From the NCBI GenBank assembly GCA_030538075.1, contig JAUNUQ010000006.1, forward strand, positions 22,971 to 86,970: 64,000 nucleotides of DNA, read 5' to 3'. Below the pieces are notes generated by a model. The model worked only from the letters and a program-made list of their open reading frames with translations. It ran no database searches and had not been told where the DNA came from. Of this stretch, positions 28,780-38,026 are shown one piece after another (the stretch's first letter is position 1; every line of letters begins with the position of its first letter). Made by a program: the position numbers and the translations under genes. The stretch is from Tissierellia bacterium. Lineage in GTDB: Bacteria > Bacillota > Clostridia > Tissierellales > Peptoniphilaceae.

Positions 28780-29802
28780 TTATCGTAATCTTCTGGTCTT
28801 CTTCAGATTAGCAAACTGCTTTAGCAGTTTGCCCGTCCCACTCACAGCTGAGGTCTCTGGGTTGTCATCTAAAATCAGCTTCATATTGATGGCGCGAGAA
28901 ATCCACTCCGCTAAGCCGTTCAGTCGACTGCTCCCGCCTGTGAACAGGATGCCATCTCGGATGATATCCGAGGATAGTTCCGGTGGAGTGCGTTCTAAAA
29001 CGGATTTGATCCCGTCGATGATGTCCACAATCGATGGCAAGAGTACCCTTGTGATCCCTGTCGAACGAATGATGGCAGTCTTCGGAAGTCCCGTGATCAA
29101 ATCCCGTCCGGAGACCTCGCTTTTCATCTCCTCATGGTCTGGATTGACCGTCCCTATCGTCATCTTAAGGCGCTCTGCCGTATTGTATCCAATCATCAGA
29201 TTGTATTCTTCTTTGACATGCTCTGTGATCAATTGGTTAAATAGGTCTCCCCCGATAAAGATGGACCTCGAACTGACCATCCCATTGAGGGATACTACGG
29301 CCACCTCTGTCGTACCGCCTCCAATGTTGATGACCATGTTTCCCTTGGGCTCATCTGCAGGTAGCCCCGCTCCCACTGCTGAGGCCAGAGGCTCTTCGAT
29401 CAGTAACACATCCCGCGCTCCAGATTGAAAGACTGCATCCTCAACGGCTCTTTTCTCCACATCCGTTATCCCTGATGGGATGGAGACGATCACTCTGGAC
29501 TGCAAAAAGGAAAATCCAGGACTGGATTTATCGATAAAGTATTTGAGCATCACCTGGGTGATCTCGTAATCAGAGATCACACCCTCTTCTAAGGGGCGCA
29601 TCGGCACGATATTGCCCGGGGTCTTTCCGATCATATCCCAGGCCGCTTTACCCACGGACACGATGTCTCCGTTATTGATATCTATGGCAACGACAGAAGG
29701 TTCGTTGATGACGATCCCCTTTTTGTCCACATAGACCAAGGTGTTGATCGTCCCCAAGTCGATTCCGATGTCCCCAGCGACTAAGCTGAAAAATGTAGCC
29801 AT
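28780..29802 (-). CDS. mreB: rod shape-determining protein MreB
   Basis: 340 aa with an actin-fold phosphate-1 motif (GIDLGTINT), IEEPLASAVGAG and NIGGGTTEVAV. Confidence 0.95.
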   Translation of the reverse strand: MATFFSLVAGDIGIDLGTINTLVYVDKKGIVINEPSVVAIDINNGDIVSVGKAAWDMIGKTPGNIVPMRPLEEGVISDYEITQVMLKYFIDKSSPGFSFLQSRVIVSIPSGITDVEKRAVEDAVFQSGARDVLLIEEPLASAVGAGLPADEPKGNMVINIGGGTTEVAVVSLNGMVSSRSIFIGGDLFNQLITEHVKEEYNLMIGYNTAERLKMTIGTVNPDHEEMKSEVSGRDLITGLPKTAIIRSTGITRVLLPSIVDIIDGIKSVLERTPPELSSDIIRDGILFTGGSSRLNGLAEWISRAINMKLILDDNPETSAVSGTGKLLKQFANLKKTRRLR

Positions 29803-29813
29803 CTATTACTCCT

Positions 29814-30620
29814 CTATTCTATAATGTCGTGTTCACGCATACTGTAATACTGATTATAACCGATAATCAAATGATCCAAAATACGAATCCCCAAGATCTT
29901 GGCGCCCTCCAACAGTCTCTTGGTCACTTGAATGTCCTCTCTTGAGGGCTCTGGATCTCCAGAAGGGTGGTTATGTACGAGAATCATCGCATTGGCACTG
30001 CGCTTGATCGCCAGTTTGAAGACTTCCCTTGGGCTGACGATCGATCGATTTAGGTCTCCTGTCGATACCCGAACCTCGCCGATAATCCGGTTTTTCGTGT
30101 CCAGAAGCAAGGCGATGAAATGCTCTTTGTCTTCGTATTGAAAGCGGGCAATGAACAGGTCTGCGATCGATCTGGGGCTGTGGATATCCACTTTTCGAAT
30201 GGACTCCCTCGTCTGCAATCGGCTCCCCAGTTCCAAGCCGGCGATAATTCGACAGGCCTTCGAAAGGCCAATCCCCTTTATCGCCGTCAATTCCTCGATG
30301 GTCATGGTCATCAGATTTTCGTGATTGCCCACGGCGATCAGCACCTGATTTGCCAGGGCGAGAGCGCTCATGCCACGGGTTCCCGTTCCCAGCAATATGG
30401 CGAAGAGCTCGTTGTCGCTGAGTTCATTAGGACCCAGTAGCTGCAGCTTCTCCATTGGGCGATCACTCGCCTGCATATCCTTGATCCGGGCTGCCGATTC
30501 CTCAGCAAGGGAAAAATAGCCCTTACGCTGCTCCATAGAAAGCAGCTGATCCGGTTCAAAGATCTCTGTATTTCCACTTACTATCTCTTCATTGCACTCC
30601 CAAATCTCATCCCGTTTCAT
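29814..30620 (-). CDS. radC: RadC-family JAB/MPN domain protein
   Basis: 268 aa with HhH-like ELFAILLGTGTRG and the JAMM motif LVHNHPSGDPEPS. The real start may be internal. Confidence 0.85.
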   Translation of the reverse strand: MKRDEIWECNEEIVSGNTEIFEPDQLLSMEQRKGYFSLAEESAARIKDMQASDRPMEKLQLLGPNELSDNELFAILLGTGTRGMSALALANQVLIAVGNHENLMTMTIEELTAIKGIGLSKACRIIAGLELGSRLQTRESIRKVDIHSPRSIADLFIARFQYEDKEHFIALLLDTKNRIIGEVRVSTGDLNRSIVSPREVFKLAIKRSANAMILVHNHPSGDPEPSREDIQVTKRLLEGAKILGIRILDHLIIGYNQYYSMREHDIIE

Positions 30621-30646
30621 ACACTCTCCATTCTCAAGTTCAAAGC

Positions 30647-31147
30647 TTATAGATTTAGTTTAAGTCTCCTGAGATGATTGGTGAGATACTCTGTGGTCAG
30701 GCCGACAAATATCCCTGTCCCTATCCCGATGAGTACCAGTAATGGCAGATATCCATACATCCAAAAATTATTTAAGATCAGTGCGGCAACGGTAATCTGC
30801 GCAAAATTATGTGCGACAGAGCCCAATACACTGACGCCGGTCAGACTAAACCAATGACTCAAGTATCGATAGGCGAAAACCATCACCAAACAGCTGAGGA
30901 TGGAGCCGGCCATGCTGTAGATCAGGCTCGTCACGGAACCAGTCACCAACATCAATACAAAGGGCTTGATCACAGCGATCATAAAAGCCTCTCGGAAGGG
31001 AAATAGGACGATGGCCAATAATAGGACGATATTTGATAGTCCCAGCTTGGCTCCAGGGGCGACAAAGGGCAATGGCAGGGACATCTCCAAAACGGATAAG
31101 GCCAATGCCAGTGCGACCAATACGGCCATACTAATTAACCGGCGCAT
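30647..31147 (-). CDS. Gx transporter family membrane protein (heptaprenyl-diphosphate-synthase-component-I-like fold)
   Basis: 166 aa and polytopic, with LSVLEMSLPLPFVAPGAKLGLSNIV at the N-terminus. It is paired with a NusG-domain-II protein, as is common downstream of rnf operons. Confidence 0.6.
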   Translation of the reverse strand: MRRLISMAVLVALALALSVLEMSLPLPFVAPGAKLGLSNIVLLLAIVLFPFREAFMIAVIKPFVLMLVTGSVTSLIYSMAGSILSCLVMVFAYRYLSHWFSLTGVSVLGSVAHNFAQITVAALILNNFWMYGYLPLLVLIGIGTGIFVGLTTEYLTNHLRRLKLNL

Positions 31148-31156
31148 CGGGATCTC

Positions 31157-31537
31157 CTAATAGTTGATGTGGTCAATATCATCCACCTCCGCAGGGTCAA
31201 TAATCTGAAGGATCAGACGATGGGGAAGGCATACAAGGGTCTCCCCTGGCTTGGAAATCCAACCCTGGAGCACATCGATCTGATCTCGACAATCCGCTTC
31301 TAAGACGCGAATTCTCCCATCTCCAATTTCAATGAGATTGTATCCCCCCTCGGTTTCGACTCGAACCGTCTTTCCCACCATAGTCTTGTCCAATTGAATC
31401 TTCTGTACTTCCTGACCGTTGACCTGTACACTCACATAGGCTCTTTCTGTCAGCAGCCCTCGGTCGGTAAATATCACCATCGACAGCAGACTCCCCAATA
31501 CGAGGATCAGGATCAGAAATTTGTCTCCTCTTGTCAT
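31157..31537 (-). CDS. NusG domain II-containing membrane-anchored protein
   Basis: 126 aa with an N-terminal TM and a small beta domain (YVSVQVNGQEV..VETEGGYNLIEIGDGRIRVLEADCRDQ). The call rests on resemblance and context. Confidence 0.55.
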   Translation of the reverse strand: MTRGDKFLILILVLGSLLSMVIFTDRGLLTERAYVSVQVNGQEVQKIQLDKTMVGKTVRVETEGGYNLIEIGDGRIRVLEADCRDQIDVLQGWISKPGETLVCLPHRLILQIIDPAEVDDIDHINY

Positions 31538-31614
31538 AAATTCCCCCAGTTTAGTAGATATAGTCTATCATTATTTTGACTATGAAACAAGTCAGAGCCT
31601 CATTGTACCTCAAT

Positions 31615-31640
31615 AAAAAAGTCCCATAAAGGGACTTTTT
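31615..31640 (-). terminator. intrinsic terminator after rnfB
   Basis: AAAAAA-GTCCC-ATAAA-GGGAC-TTTTT, 9 nt downstream of the rnfB stop. The stem is short. Confidence 0.5.
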
Positions 31641-31648
31641 CTAGTCGA

Positions 31649-32470
31649 TTATTCTGCTTTTCTTTCGAGACCGGGGTGTATACACTTCGTTGGGCATTTG
31701 TCGATCGCCAGTTCCAGTTTTTCCTGATCTGGATTTGCAATATCATAAGTCGCGGTTGCCAGCCAGTTCTCTACGACAAAACCCTCCGGATACTGCTTGA
31801 CGCAGATCTTACATCCGATACAGCCGACGGTGCAAGCGCCTCTTACTATCTTGCCCGCATCCTTGCTCTTACATTTGACCATGGATTTCTGCTCATAGGG
31901 CAGCATTTCGATGATATGCTTCGGACAAGCATCTACACATTTTCGGCAAGAAGTACATTTTTCTGGATCTACTATGGCCAGACCATTGACCATCTCAATG
32001 GCGTCAAATTGGCAGGCGTCTTTACATGACCCTCCGCCAAGGCAGCCATAGAAACAGATCTTATTTCCGCCATGATGTCCGGCGATGGCTCGACAATCTG
32101 CTATGCCATCGTATTCGAATTTGTCCTTCGCGCGGCTCTTGTCCCCTTGACAGAGGACGACTGCGACTTCTTTGGCAGCTGCCTCTGCAGTCTGACCCAT
32201 AATTTCAGCTAGGGCATCCACCAGTGCCTGCCCGCCTATGGGGCATGCGTTGATCGGTGCTCCGTCCAATGCTATGGCCGCGGCCAATCCATCACAGCCA
32301 GGGTATCCACAGGCGCCACAGTTGGCACCAGGTAATGCCTCTCGAACCTCTTCCACTCTGCGATCAACCGCCACGTGAAACACATGGGAAGCATAGGACA
32401 GAAGTGCTGCAAATGCAATTCCCAAGGCTCCCAGCGCGAGTACGGGAATGATAATTGAACTAATATCCAT
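31649..32470 (-). CDS. rnfB: Rnf complex subunit B (ferredoxin-type Fe-S subunit)
   Basis: 273 aa with an N-terminal TM, CGACGYPGC and several CxxCxxCxxxCP ferredoxin motifs (CTSCRKCVDACP, CIGCKIC). Confidence 0.9.
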   Translation of the reverse strand: MDISSIIIPVLALGALGIAFAALLSYASHVFHVAVDRRVEEVREALPGANCGACGYPGCDGLAAAIALDGAPINACPIGGQALVDALAEIMGQTAEAAAKEVAVVLCQGDKSRAKDKFEYDGIADCRAIAGHHGGNKICFYGCLGGGSCKDACQFDAIEMVNGLAIVDPEKCTSCRKCVDACPKHIIEMLPYEQKSMVKCKSKDAGKIVRGACTVGCIGCKICVKQYPEGFVVENWLATATYDIANPDQEKLELAIDKCPTKCIHPGLERKAE

Positions 32471-32479
32471 ATCCGCCTC

Positions 32480-33055
32480 CTATACCAATCCTGAGAAGCC
32501 CATAAATGCGATGGACATCAGACCGATGGTAAATAACGCAACGGGTACGCCCTTGAACATCTCCGGTACAGGAGCATGCTCGAGGCGCTCTCGAATAGAG
32601 GCCAGAATGACGATGGCGATGATGAAGCCTATCGAAGCGCCGAGTGCGTTGGCGATGACTTCAATTAGATTATACTCTGCATCGATGTTCAGAATTGCCA
32701 CACCGAGGACGACACAGTTGGTCGTGATCAGAGGTAAGTAGACACCCAGGGCATTGTAGAGATTCGGCACCGATTTTTTCAGCACCATCTCCACAAATTG
32801 TACTAGAGTTGCAATGACCAAGATGAATACGATGGTCTGTAAGTAGCCCAGATTAAAGGCATCCAATAGAAAGCTCTGGATCATATATGTGATGACAGAG
32901 GCCAGAGTGATGACGAAGGTGACCGCCAATCCCATTCCCAGGGCCGTTTCCGTCTTCGAGGACACTCCCAGTACGGGACAGATTCCAAGGAATTGTGCCA
33001 GTACGAAGTTGTTGACAAAGATCGATCCGATAATTATCGTAAATAGATTTTCCAT
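32480..33055 (-). CDS. rnfA: Rnf complex subunit A
   Basis: 191 aa, polytopic, with the RnfA/NqrE-type sequence (NNFVLAQFLGICP..YLPLITTNC). Confidence 0.9.
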   Translation of the reverse strand: MENLFTIIIGSIFVNNFVLAQFLGICPVLGVSSKTETALGMGLAVTFVITLASVITYMIQSFLLDAFNLGYLQTIVFILVIATLVQFVEMVLKKSVPNLYNALGVYLPLITTNCVVLGVAILNIDAEYNLIEVIANALGASIGFIIAIVILASIRERLEHAPVPEMFKGVPVALFTIGLMSIAFMGFSGLV

Positions 33056-33666
33056 TAATTATCTCCTCTCGACAGCTCTTTGTTCTTGTTCTTAGTCAAG
33101 ATCAGGTTGAAGACGCCGATGATGATTCCCAGAATGATATAGGCCCCTGGCGCTTGTGTGAAGACACCGACCGTATAGGCTTCAGGGATGATCCTCGCAC
33201 CCAATAGGGTGCCTGATCCAAACAGTTCTCGGATCGTCGCAACTAAAACGACTGTAAAGGTATAGCCTAAGCCCTGTCCCAGGGCGTCTATTGCAGAAGC
33301 AAAAACCGTCTGTTTTGAAGCGAAGGACTCCGCCCTTGCCAGGATGATACAGTTGACGACGATCAACGGGATAAAGATTCCCAAGGCATTATTAAGAGCC
33401 GGTAAATACGCTTCTAGTACCATCGCAACAATCGTTACGAAGGTCGCGATGATGACGACATAGGATGGAATACGCACTTTATCCGGGATAAAATTCCTGA
33501 GCATGGAGACCACTATATTGGAGCCTAAGAGAACGAAGATGACCGCCGCTCCCATTCCAATGGCATTCTCAATGGATGTCGTAATCGCCAGTACAGAACA
33601 AAGGCCTACTAATTGTACGATGACGGGATTGTTTTTGAAAATTCCATCAAAAAAGATTTTTTTCAT
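33055..33666 (-). CDS. rnfE: Rnf complex subunit E
   Basis: 203 aa of RnfE/NqrD type (KNNPVIVQLVGLCSVLA..FIPLIVVNCII). The stop overlaps the rnfA start by 1 nt. Confidence 0.9.
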   Translation of the reverse strand: MKKIFFDGIFKNNPVIVQLVGLCSVLAITTSIENAIGMGAAVIFVLLGSNIVVSMLRNFIPDKVRIPSYVVIIATFVTIVAMVLEAYLPALNNALGIFIPLIVVNCIILARAESFASKQTVFASAIDALGQGLGYTFTVVLVATIRELFGSGTLLGARIIPEAYTVGVFTQAPGAYIILGIIIGVFNLILTKNKNKELSRGDN

Positions 33667-33675
33667 GTCCGCCTC

Positions 33676-34251
33676 CTACTTGATCAGCTCTCTGGCAATT
33701 GCCAAAGTACCATTGAGTCCACCCAGCACAGATTTTGTAGTGATGGTACTGCCACTGATCGCCTGGATGTCGTTGTCCGCCGATGGAGTCTCCACGGCCA
33801 CTAAATCCTCTGCGATCTGATTTCCCGTTATCCCCTCTGCAAAGAAGGGCTGCTCGATCTGCTGACCATATCCTGGGGTTTCTGAGTGATTGAGCACCTG
33901 CCAACCAGTGATTGCCCCCTCCTTGGATATGCCGACGATGAAGCTGATGTCCCCACCAAAGCCTTGCTTTCCAATGGAGCTAAACACATAGCCTGCTTCT
34001 TGCCCACCGACCAGTGCCTTATAGATCTCCTTGACATTTGGATTGTCTCCAATTGCCGCTGCCGTCTCCTCAGCTGATAACGGTTCAAAGCTCTCCGCTT
34101 CAGGATATGCCACGATTAGTGATTCGGCCAATTTTTTTGCCTGCTGCTCGGCTATGACCGGCGCCGTGGCATTATTGACCAAGGACAACACCAATCCGGC
34201 AACCGCTGTGATCAGAAACAGCCGAATGATTAGAGTTCCCATGTCTTTCAT
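33676..34251 (-). CDS. rnfG: Rnf complex subunit G (FMN-binding)
   Basis: 191 aa with an N-terminal TM and the FMN attachment motif ISGSTIT (S/T-G-A/S-T). Confidence 0.9.
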   Translation of the reverse strand: MKDMGTLIIRLFLITAVAGLVLSLVNNATAPVIAEQQAKKLAESLIVAYPEAESFEPLSAEETAAAIGDNPNVKEIYKALVGGQEAGYVFSSIGKQGFGGDISFIVGISKEGAITGWQVLNHSETPGYGQQIEQPFFAEGITGNQIAEDLVAVETPSADNDIQAISGSTITTKSVLGGLNGTLAIARELIK

Positions 34252-35207
34252 TCTTTGACACCTCCCACTCCAAAGGGTTTGTCCGACGTGAATTTTTCAA
34301 TCAGTGGTACACACATATTCATAATGAGGATGGCATAAGATACCCCTTCCGGATATCCACCAAAATTTCGAATGATGGCAGTCAATAGACCCAGCCCGAC
34401 GCCAAAGACAATCTGTCCCTTCTTCGTGATGGGACAGGTCACATAGTCTGTCGCCATGAAGAAGGCCCCCAAGATCAAGCCTCCAGAGAGAACCTGATTG
34501 AGTATTTGGTTCGCTGGGGTTCCAGTGAGCAGTAGGAATACAACTGTTGAACCTATGTATACCAATGGTATGCGCAGGCTAATCACCTGGCGATAGACCA
34601 GATAGGCAGCTCCTATGAGCAATGCTAACTTGGATACTTCGCCTATGGTACCAGGCATATTTCCGATGAACAGATCCATCACCGCAGGCATCGGACCACC
34701 ACTCAGCGGCGTGGCCTGTGAGACCATATCTGTGAGGGGTGCTGTGAAATTGCTCATCTCCTTGCCCCAAGAAGCCATCAGTACCGCTCTGGCAGCAAGT
34801 GCCGGGTTCATGAAGTTGGAGCCCAGCCCACCGAAGAACTGCTTAACCACTATAATGGCGAAGACACTGCCCAGTACGACCATCCAAATGGGCATACTGA
34901 CCGGCACGTTGAAGGCCACCAATATACCTGTGACTACCGCAGATAGGTCGCGTATCGTCACTTCTTGTTTCAATGCTCTCTGGATCAGGGCCTCTGCGAC
35001 GACAGCGCCGATGACTGAGGCAGCAATCGTGATCAAGGACCGGATCCCAAAGAAATAGCCAGCAGCTAGAATTGCTGGCGCCATCGCGATGATGACATCC
35101 AGCATGACTCGCTGAACTGTTAATTCCGTTCTGATATGAGGAGCGGAAGAGACAACTAGAAGCTCGTCTAATACGACTTCGTTTCCTCTAACTTCTGTAT
35201 TTTCCAT
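34248..35207 (-). CDS. rnfD: Rnf complex subunit D
   Basis: 319 aa, polytopic, with the NqrB/RnfD pattern (SSAPHIR.., FFMATDYVT). ATGA overlap with rnfG. Confidence 0.9.
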   Translation of the reverse strand: MENTEVRGNEVVLDELLVVSSAPHIRTELTVQRVMLDVIIAMAPAILAAGYFFGIRSLITIAASVIGAVVAEALIQRALKQEVTIRDLSAVVTGILVAFNVPVSMPIWMVVLGSVFAIIVVKQFFGGLGSNFMNPALAARAVLMASWGKEMSNFTAPLTDMVSQATPLSGGPMPAVMDLFIGNMPGTIGEVSKLALLIGAAYLVYRQVISLRIPLVYIGSTVVFLLLTGTPANQILNQVLSGGLILGAFFMATDYVTCPITKKGQIVFGVGLGLLTAIIRNFGGYPEGVSYAILIMNMCVPLIEKFTSDKPFGVGGVKE

Positions 35208-35216
35208 GCTACCCCC

Positions 35217-36542
35217 TTATACTCTCTGTGATTTCTTGCGCAGCTCTTGCTTGCCCAATTTGATCAGTTCGACCAATGGGCGTTTCGCTGGGCAAATATA
35301 GGAACAGGAGCCACACTCTATGCAGTCCATCGCATGCAGTTCTCGAGCATTGTCCATCAGATCATTATCTACCGAACGCGCGATGTACAGAGGTTGTAAA
35401 AATACGGGACATGCATCCACGCATTTTCCACATTTGATACAGGCTTCCATCTTGGGAGGCTTTGCCTCCTCCTTTGTCAGGACCAGCATGCCGCCAGTGG
35501 CCTTTGACACGGGAGCATCAATGGAGAACTGCGTTGCACCCATCATGGGGCCACCGATAATCACCTTTCCTGGTGTTCCCTGTAGTCCTTGTGCTTCCTC
35601 CAGAAGATATCGAAGGGAAACACCGACTTTGGACATCACATTGATGGGGTTTTTAACGCCGTGGCCTGTGACGGTGACAATCCGTTCGATCAGCGGTTTG
35701 CCCGCGTGGACTGCTTCATAGATCGAATGGGCTGTATAGGCATTGATGACCACCACGCCGATATTCATCGGCAGCCCTCCCGAGGGGACAACTCGCTTCG
35801 TAGCCGCGTCAATCAGCCGTTTTTCATCCCCTTGGGGATACCTTGGCTTAAGGGTCACTACCTCCAATTGGGAATGGGCCGCCACCTTCTGTTTCATGAT
35901 CTCAATGGCTCTTGGCTTATTTGTCTCAATACAAATAAATCCCTTCTCGGCCTTCACAGCCTTCATGGCCAGAAGCAGTCCGCCGATGACTTTGTCTGCT
36001 TCAGACTCCATGATCATCTGGTCGGCTGTGAGATAGGGTTCGCATTCCGCACCGTTAACTAAAACGGTGTCTATTGGTTGATCGGCTGGAGGCGATAACT
36101 TAATATGGGTTGGAAATGCTGCTCCGCCCATCCCGACAATCCCCGCCTCTTTGACAAGGGCTACGATTTCCTCTGGGGATAGATCCTCAGGAGCTTTTCC
36201 CGGTTTGACATATCCAATCTCCTCATTGCCGTCCGATTCAATTGTGATGGCCATGCACTTTGTGCCTGCCGTTGTTGCGATCTCCGTGATCGCCGTTACC
36301 TGTCCCGACACACTGGCATGGACCGGTACCGACATGAACGCTTTTGACTCTCCGATTTTTTCCCCAACCTTAACGACATCCCCGACGCCAACTAGCGCCT
36401 CACAGGGAACACCGATATGCTGCTGGAGGGGAATGGTCACTGTTGTTGGCCGACTGCCTGGAACGACGGGCTTGTCATTCGTCAATTCCTTGAAGTCGTG
36501 CATATGTACGCCGCCTCGGAAGCTTGCGTTTTCAAGACTCAT
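35217..36542 (-). CDS. rnfC: Rnf complex subunit C (NADH-binding, 2x[4Fe-4S])
   Basis: 441 aa with GMGGAAFPTH and two ferredoxin motifs (CIKCGKCVDACP, CIECGSCSYICP). Confidence 0.9.
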   Translation of the reverse strand: MSLENASFRGGVHMHDFKELTNDKPVVPGSRPTTVTIPLQQHIGVPCEALVGVGDVVKVGEKIGESKAFMSVPVHASVSGQVTAITEIATTAGTKCMAITIESDGNEEIGYVKPGKAPEDLSPEEIVALVKEAGIVGMGGAAFPTHIKLSPPADQPIDTVLVNGAECEPYLTADQMIMESEADKVIGGLLLAMKAVKAEKGFICIETNKPRAIEIMKQKVAAHSQLEVVTLKPRYPQGDEKRLIDAATKRVVPSGGLPMNIGVVVINAYTAHSIYEAVHAGKPLIERIVTVTGHGVKNPINVMSKVGVSLRYLLEEAQGLQGTPGKVIIGGPMMGATQFSIDAPVSKATGGMLVLTKEEAKPPKMEACIKCGKCVDACPVFLQPLYIARSVDNDLMDNARELHAMDCIECGSCSYICPAKRPLVELIKLGKQELRKKSQRV

Positions 36543-36578
36543 CCAAATCCACCTCTCATTTTGTACTATTCAAATTAA

Positions 36579-36664
36579 TGGTGCAGAAGGGGGGACTCGA
36601 ACCCCCACGAGCATTGCCCACTACCCCCTCAAGATAGCGTGTCTACCAATTCCACCACTTCTGC
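36579..36664 (-). tRNA. tRNA-Leu (anticodon GAG), CCA encoded
   Basis: Minus strand GCAGAAG-TG-GTGGAATTGGTAGACAC-G-CTATC-TTGAGGG-GGTAG-TGGGCAATGCTCGTG-GGGGG-TTCGAGT-CCCCC-CTTCTGC-A-CCA. It folds as a class II cloverleaf with a long variable arm. The anticodon loop UU-GAG-GG gives GAG. Confidence 0.9.
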
Positions 36665-36682
36665 TTTCGGATTACCCTTACT

Positions 36683-36710
36683 ATTATATACTATTTACGC
36701 AATTTTTCAA
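36683..36710 (-). promoter_or_regulatory. sigma-A type promoter upstream of tRNA-Leu(GAG) and probably rnfC
   Basis: Minus strand reads TTGAAA (36710..36705), a 16-nt spacer, then TATAAT (36688..36683). The tRNA 5' end is about 18 nt further on. Confidence 0.5.
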
Positions 36711-36746
36711 TAGAACAAATGAAGTGCAGTGAAGTCTGACAGGAAA

Positions 36747-37391
36747 TTAAAATTTTTCCCATATGTCCTTCACAAAGGTCACATAATTGTCCCAGATAAG
36801 CGTAATTGGATTGTCAAAGGCCTTTTGGTTTGGAATCCCCCTCTTATAGAAGAGTTTGTAGGTCTCGTAGGTATTCATCACCTTCTCCACATAATTCTTC
36901 GTCTCTCCAAAGGGAATATTGTCCAATTTATCTCCGTGATAGGAGATCTGCGGATCCTTTAGCCACTCCTCCACATTACCCATGCCACCGTTGTATGCAG
37001 CCAAGGCGATCTCCACGTCCCCAAAGTGCTCGTAGAGGTATTCGTAATAATACGCACCTAAGTGGATATTGTAGTCAGGGTCATATAGCTTTTCGTCATG
37101 GTAGTCCTCTTCAAGTTTTTCTGCAATCCATTCCCCCGTATCTGGAAGGATCTGCATCAGTCCTTTGGCATTCATCGGCGAGGTGGCCCCTGGGTCAAAA
37201 CCGGATTCGACTTTGACAATCGAAGCGATCATCAGTGGATCCGAATTGTATTTCTTACTGTATTTTTCGATGATATCCACATAATTGATCTGCATATCAT
37301 AAGTCTTCATCGTGATCAGGGCCAGGCTCAAGCCGATGGCCAGAATCACGGCGATCACTAAGGTCGCCAATAGATTTCGAATGAATCTCAT
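36747..37391 (-). CDS. lytic transglycosylase (SLT domain) with N-terminal membrane anchor
   Basis: ORF 36747..37409 trimmed to the ATG at 37391, which follows GGAGAGGTGGAGA. It has the catalytic ES motif (IVKVESGFDP), GLMQI and AYNGG. Confidence 0.8.
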   Translation of the reverse strand: MRFIRNLLATLVIAVILAIGLSLALITMKTYDMQINYVDIIEKYSKKYNSDPLMIASIVKVESGFDPGATSPMNAKGLMQILPDTGEWIAEKLEEDYHDEKLYDPDYNIHLGAYYYEYLYEHFGDVEIALAAYNGGMGNVEEWLKDPQISYHGDKLDNIPFGETKNYVEKVMNTYETYKLFYKRGIPNQKAFDNPITLIWDNYVTFVKDIWEKF

Positions 37392-37405
37392 TCTCCACCT
37401 CTCCT

Positions 37406-38026
37406 TCATATTTTATAGGGTCTGTTGGCCTCTAACAGTGGCAATAGCTCCGTCAACTGCCCCGATAGATCCACTATTCCCCTGCTGTTATCCAGGATAT
37501 AATCTGCCATTTTACGCTTCTGTTCGATGGGTATCTGGGCTTTGATTCTCTCCAATGCCTCTTCATAGCCCAAAGCATCACGGATTTGTAGACGCTGGAG
37601 CTGCTGCTCAAAAGTGGCGTAAACGAGCACGGTGGCCGTCGGTTGAATCAAGGGCTCAAGGACATCCCGCTCTTCAAAATACAGGGGCACATCCCAAAAT
37701 ACCAAATCTCCCTCAACAGACTTCTCCTCCTGGAGCATCCTCTTGATTATAACCGGATGGGTCATTCGATTCAACACTTTTCGCTCTTTCGCGTCTCGAA
37801 AAATCCTCTCCCCGAGTTTTTTCCGGTCCAGCTTTCCCTCAGCAGTCAGTACTGTCTCACCAAAATGCGCTCGGACCCGAGAGAGAAGCGCATGATCCTC
37901 ATAGATCCCACCAGCGATTCGGTCCGCATCGAGCACGGGATAACCGCGCTCGATTAGCATTCTAGTCACTGTCGACTTTCCCGTTGCAATTGAACCGGTG
38001 ATGACAACTCGTCTACTTTGATTCAT
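37406..38026 (-). CDS. coaE: dephospho-CoA kinase
   Basis: 206 aa with the P-loop ITGSIATGKST, and VLDADRIA. The conserved position after polA supports the call. Confidence 0.9.
   Translation of the reverse strand: MNQSRRVVITGSIATGKSTVTRMLIERGYPVLDADRIAGGIYEDHALLSRVRAHFGETVLTAEGKLDRKKLGERIFRDAKERKVLNRMTHPVIIKRMLQEEKSVEGDLVFWDVPLYFEERDVLEPLIQPTATVLVYATFEQQLQRLQIRDALGYEEALERIKAQIPIEQKRKMADYILDNSRGIVDLSGQLTELLPLLEANRPYKI

Noticed and set aside
28634-29428. Long antisense ORFs in the track: 28634..29428 + (264 aa), 14486..15187 + (233 aa), 36151..36732 + (193 aa), 48181..48690 + (169 aa), 2052..2544 +, 16447..17532 + and many shorter ones.
   Set aside because: Each lies entirely opposite a strongly conserved minus-strand gene (mreB, uvrB, rnfC, potA and others). 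They have Ser/Pro/Arg-rich shadow-frame composition, no RBS and no recognisable motif. I treat them as shadow ORFs.
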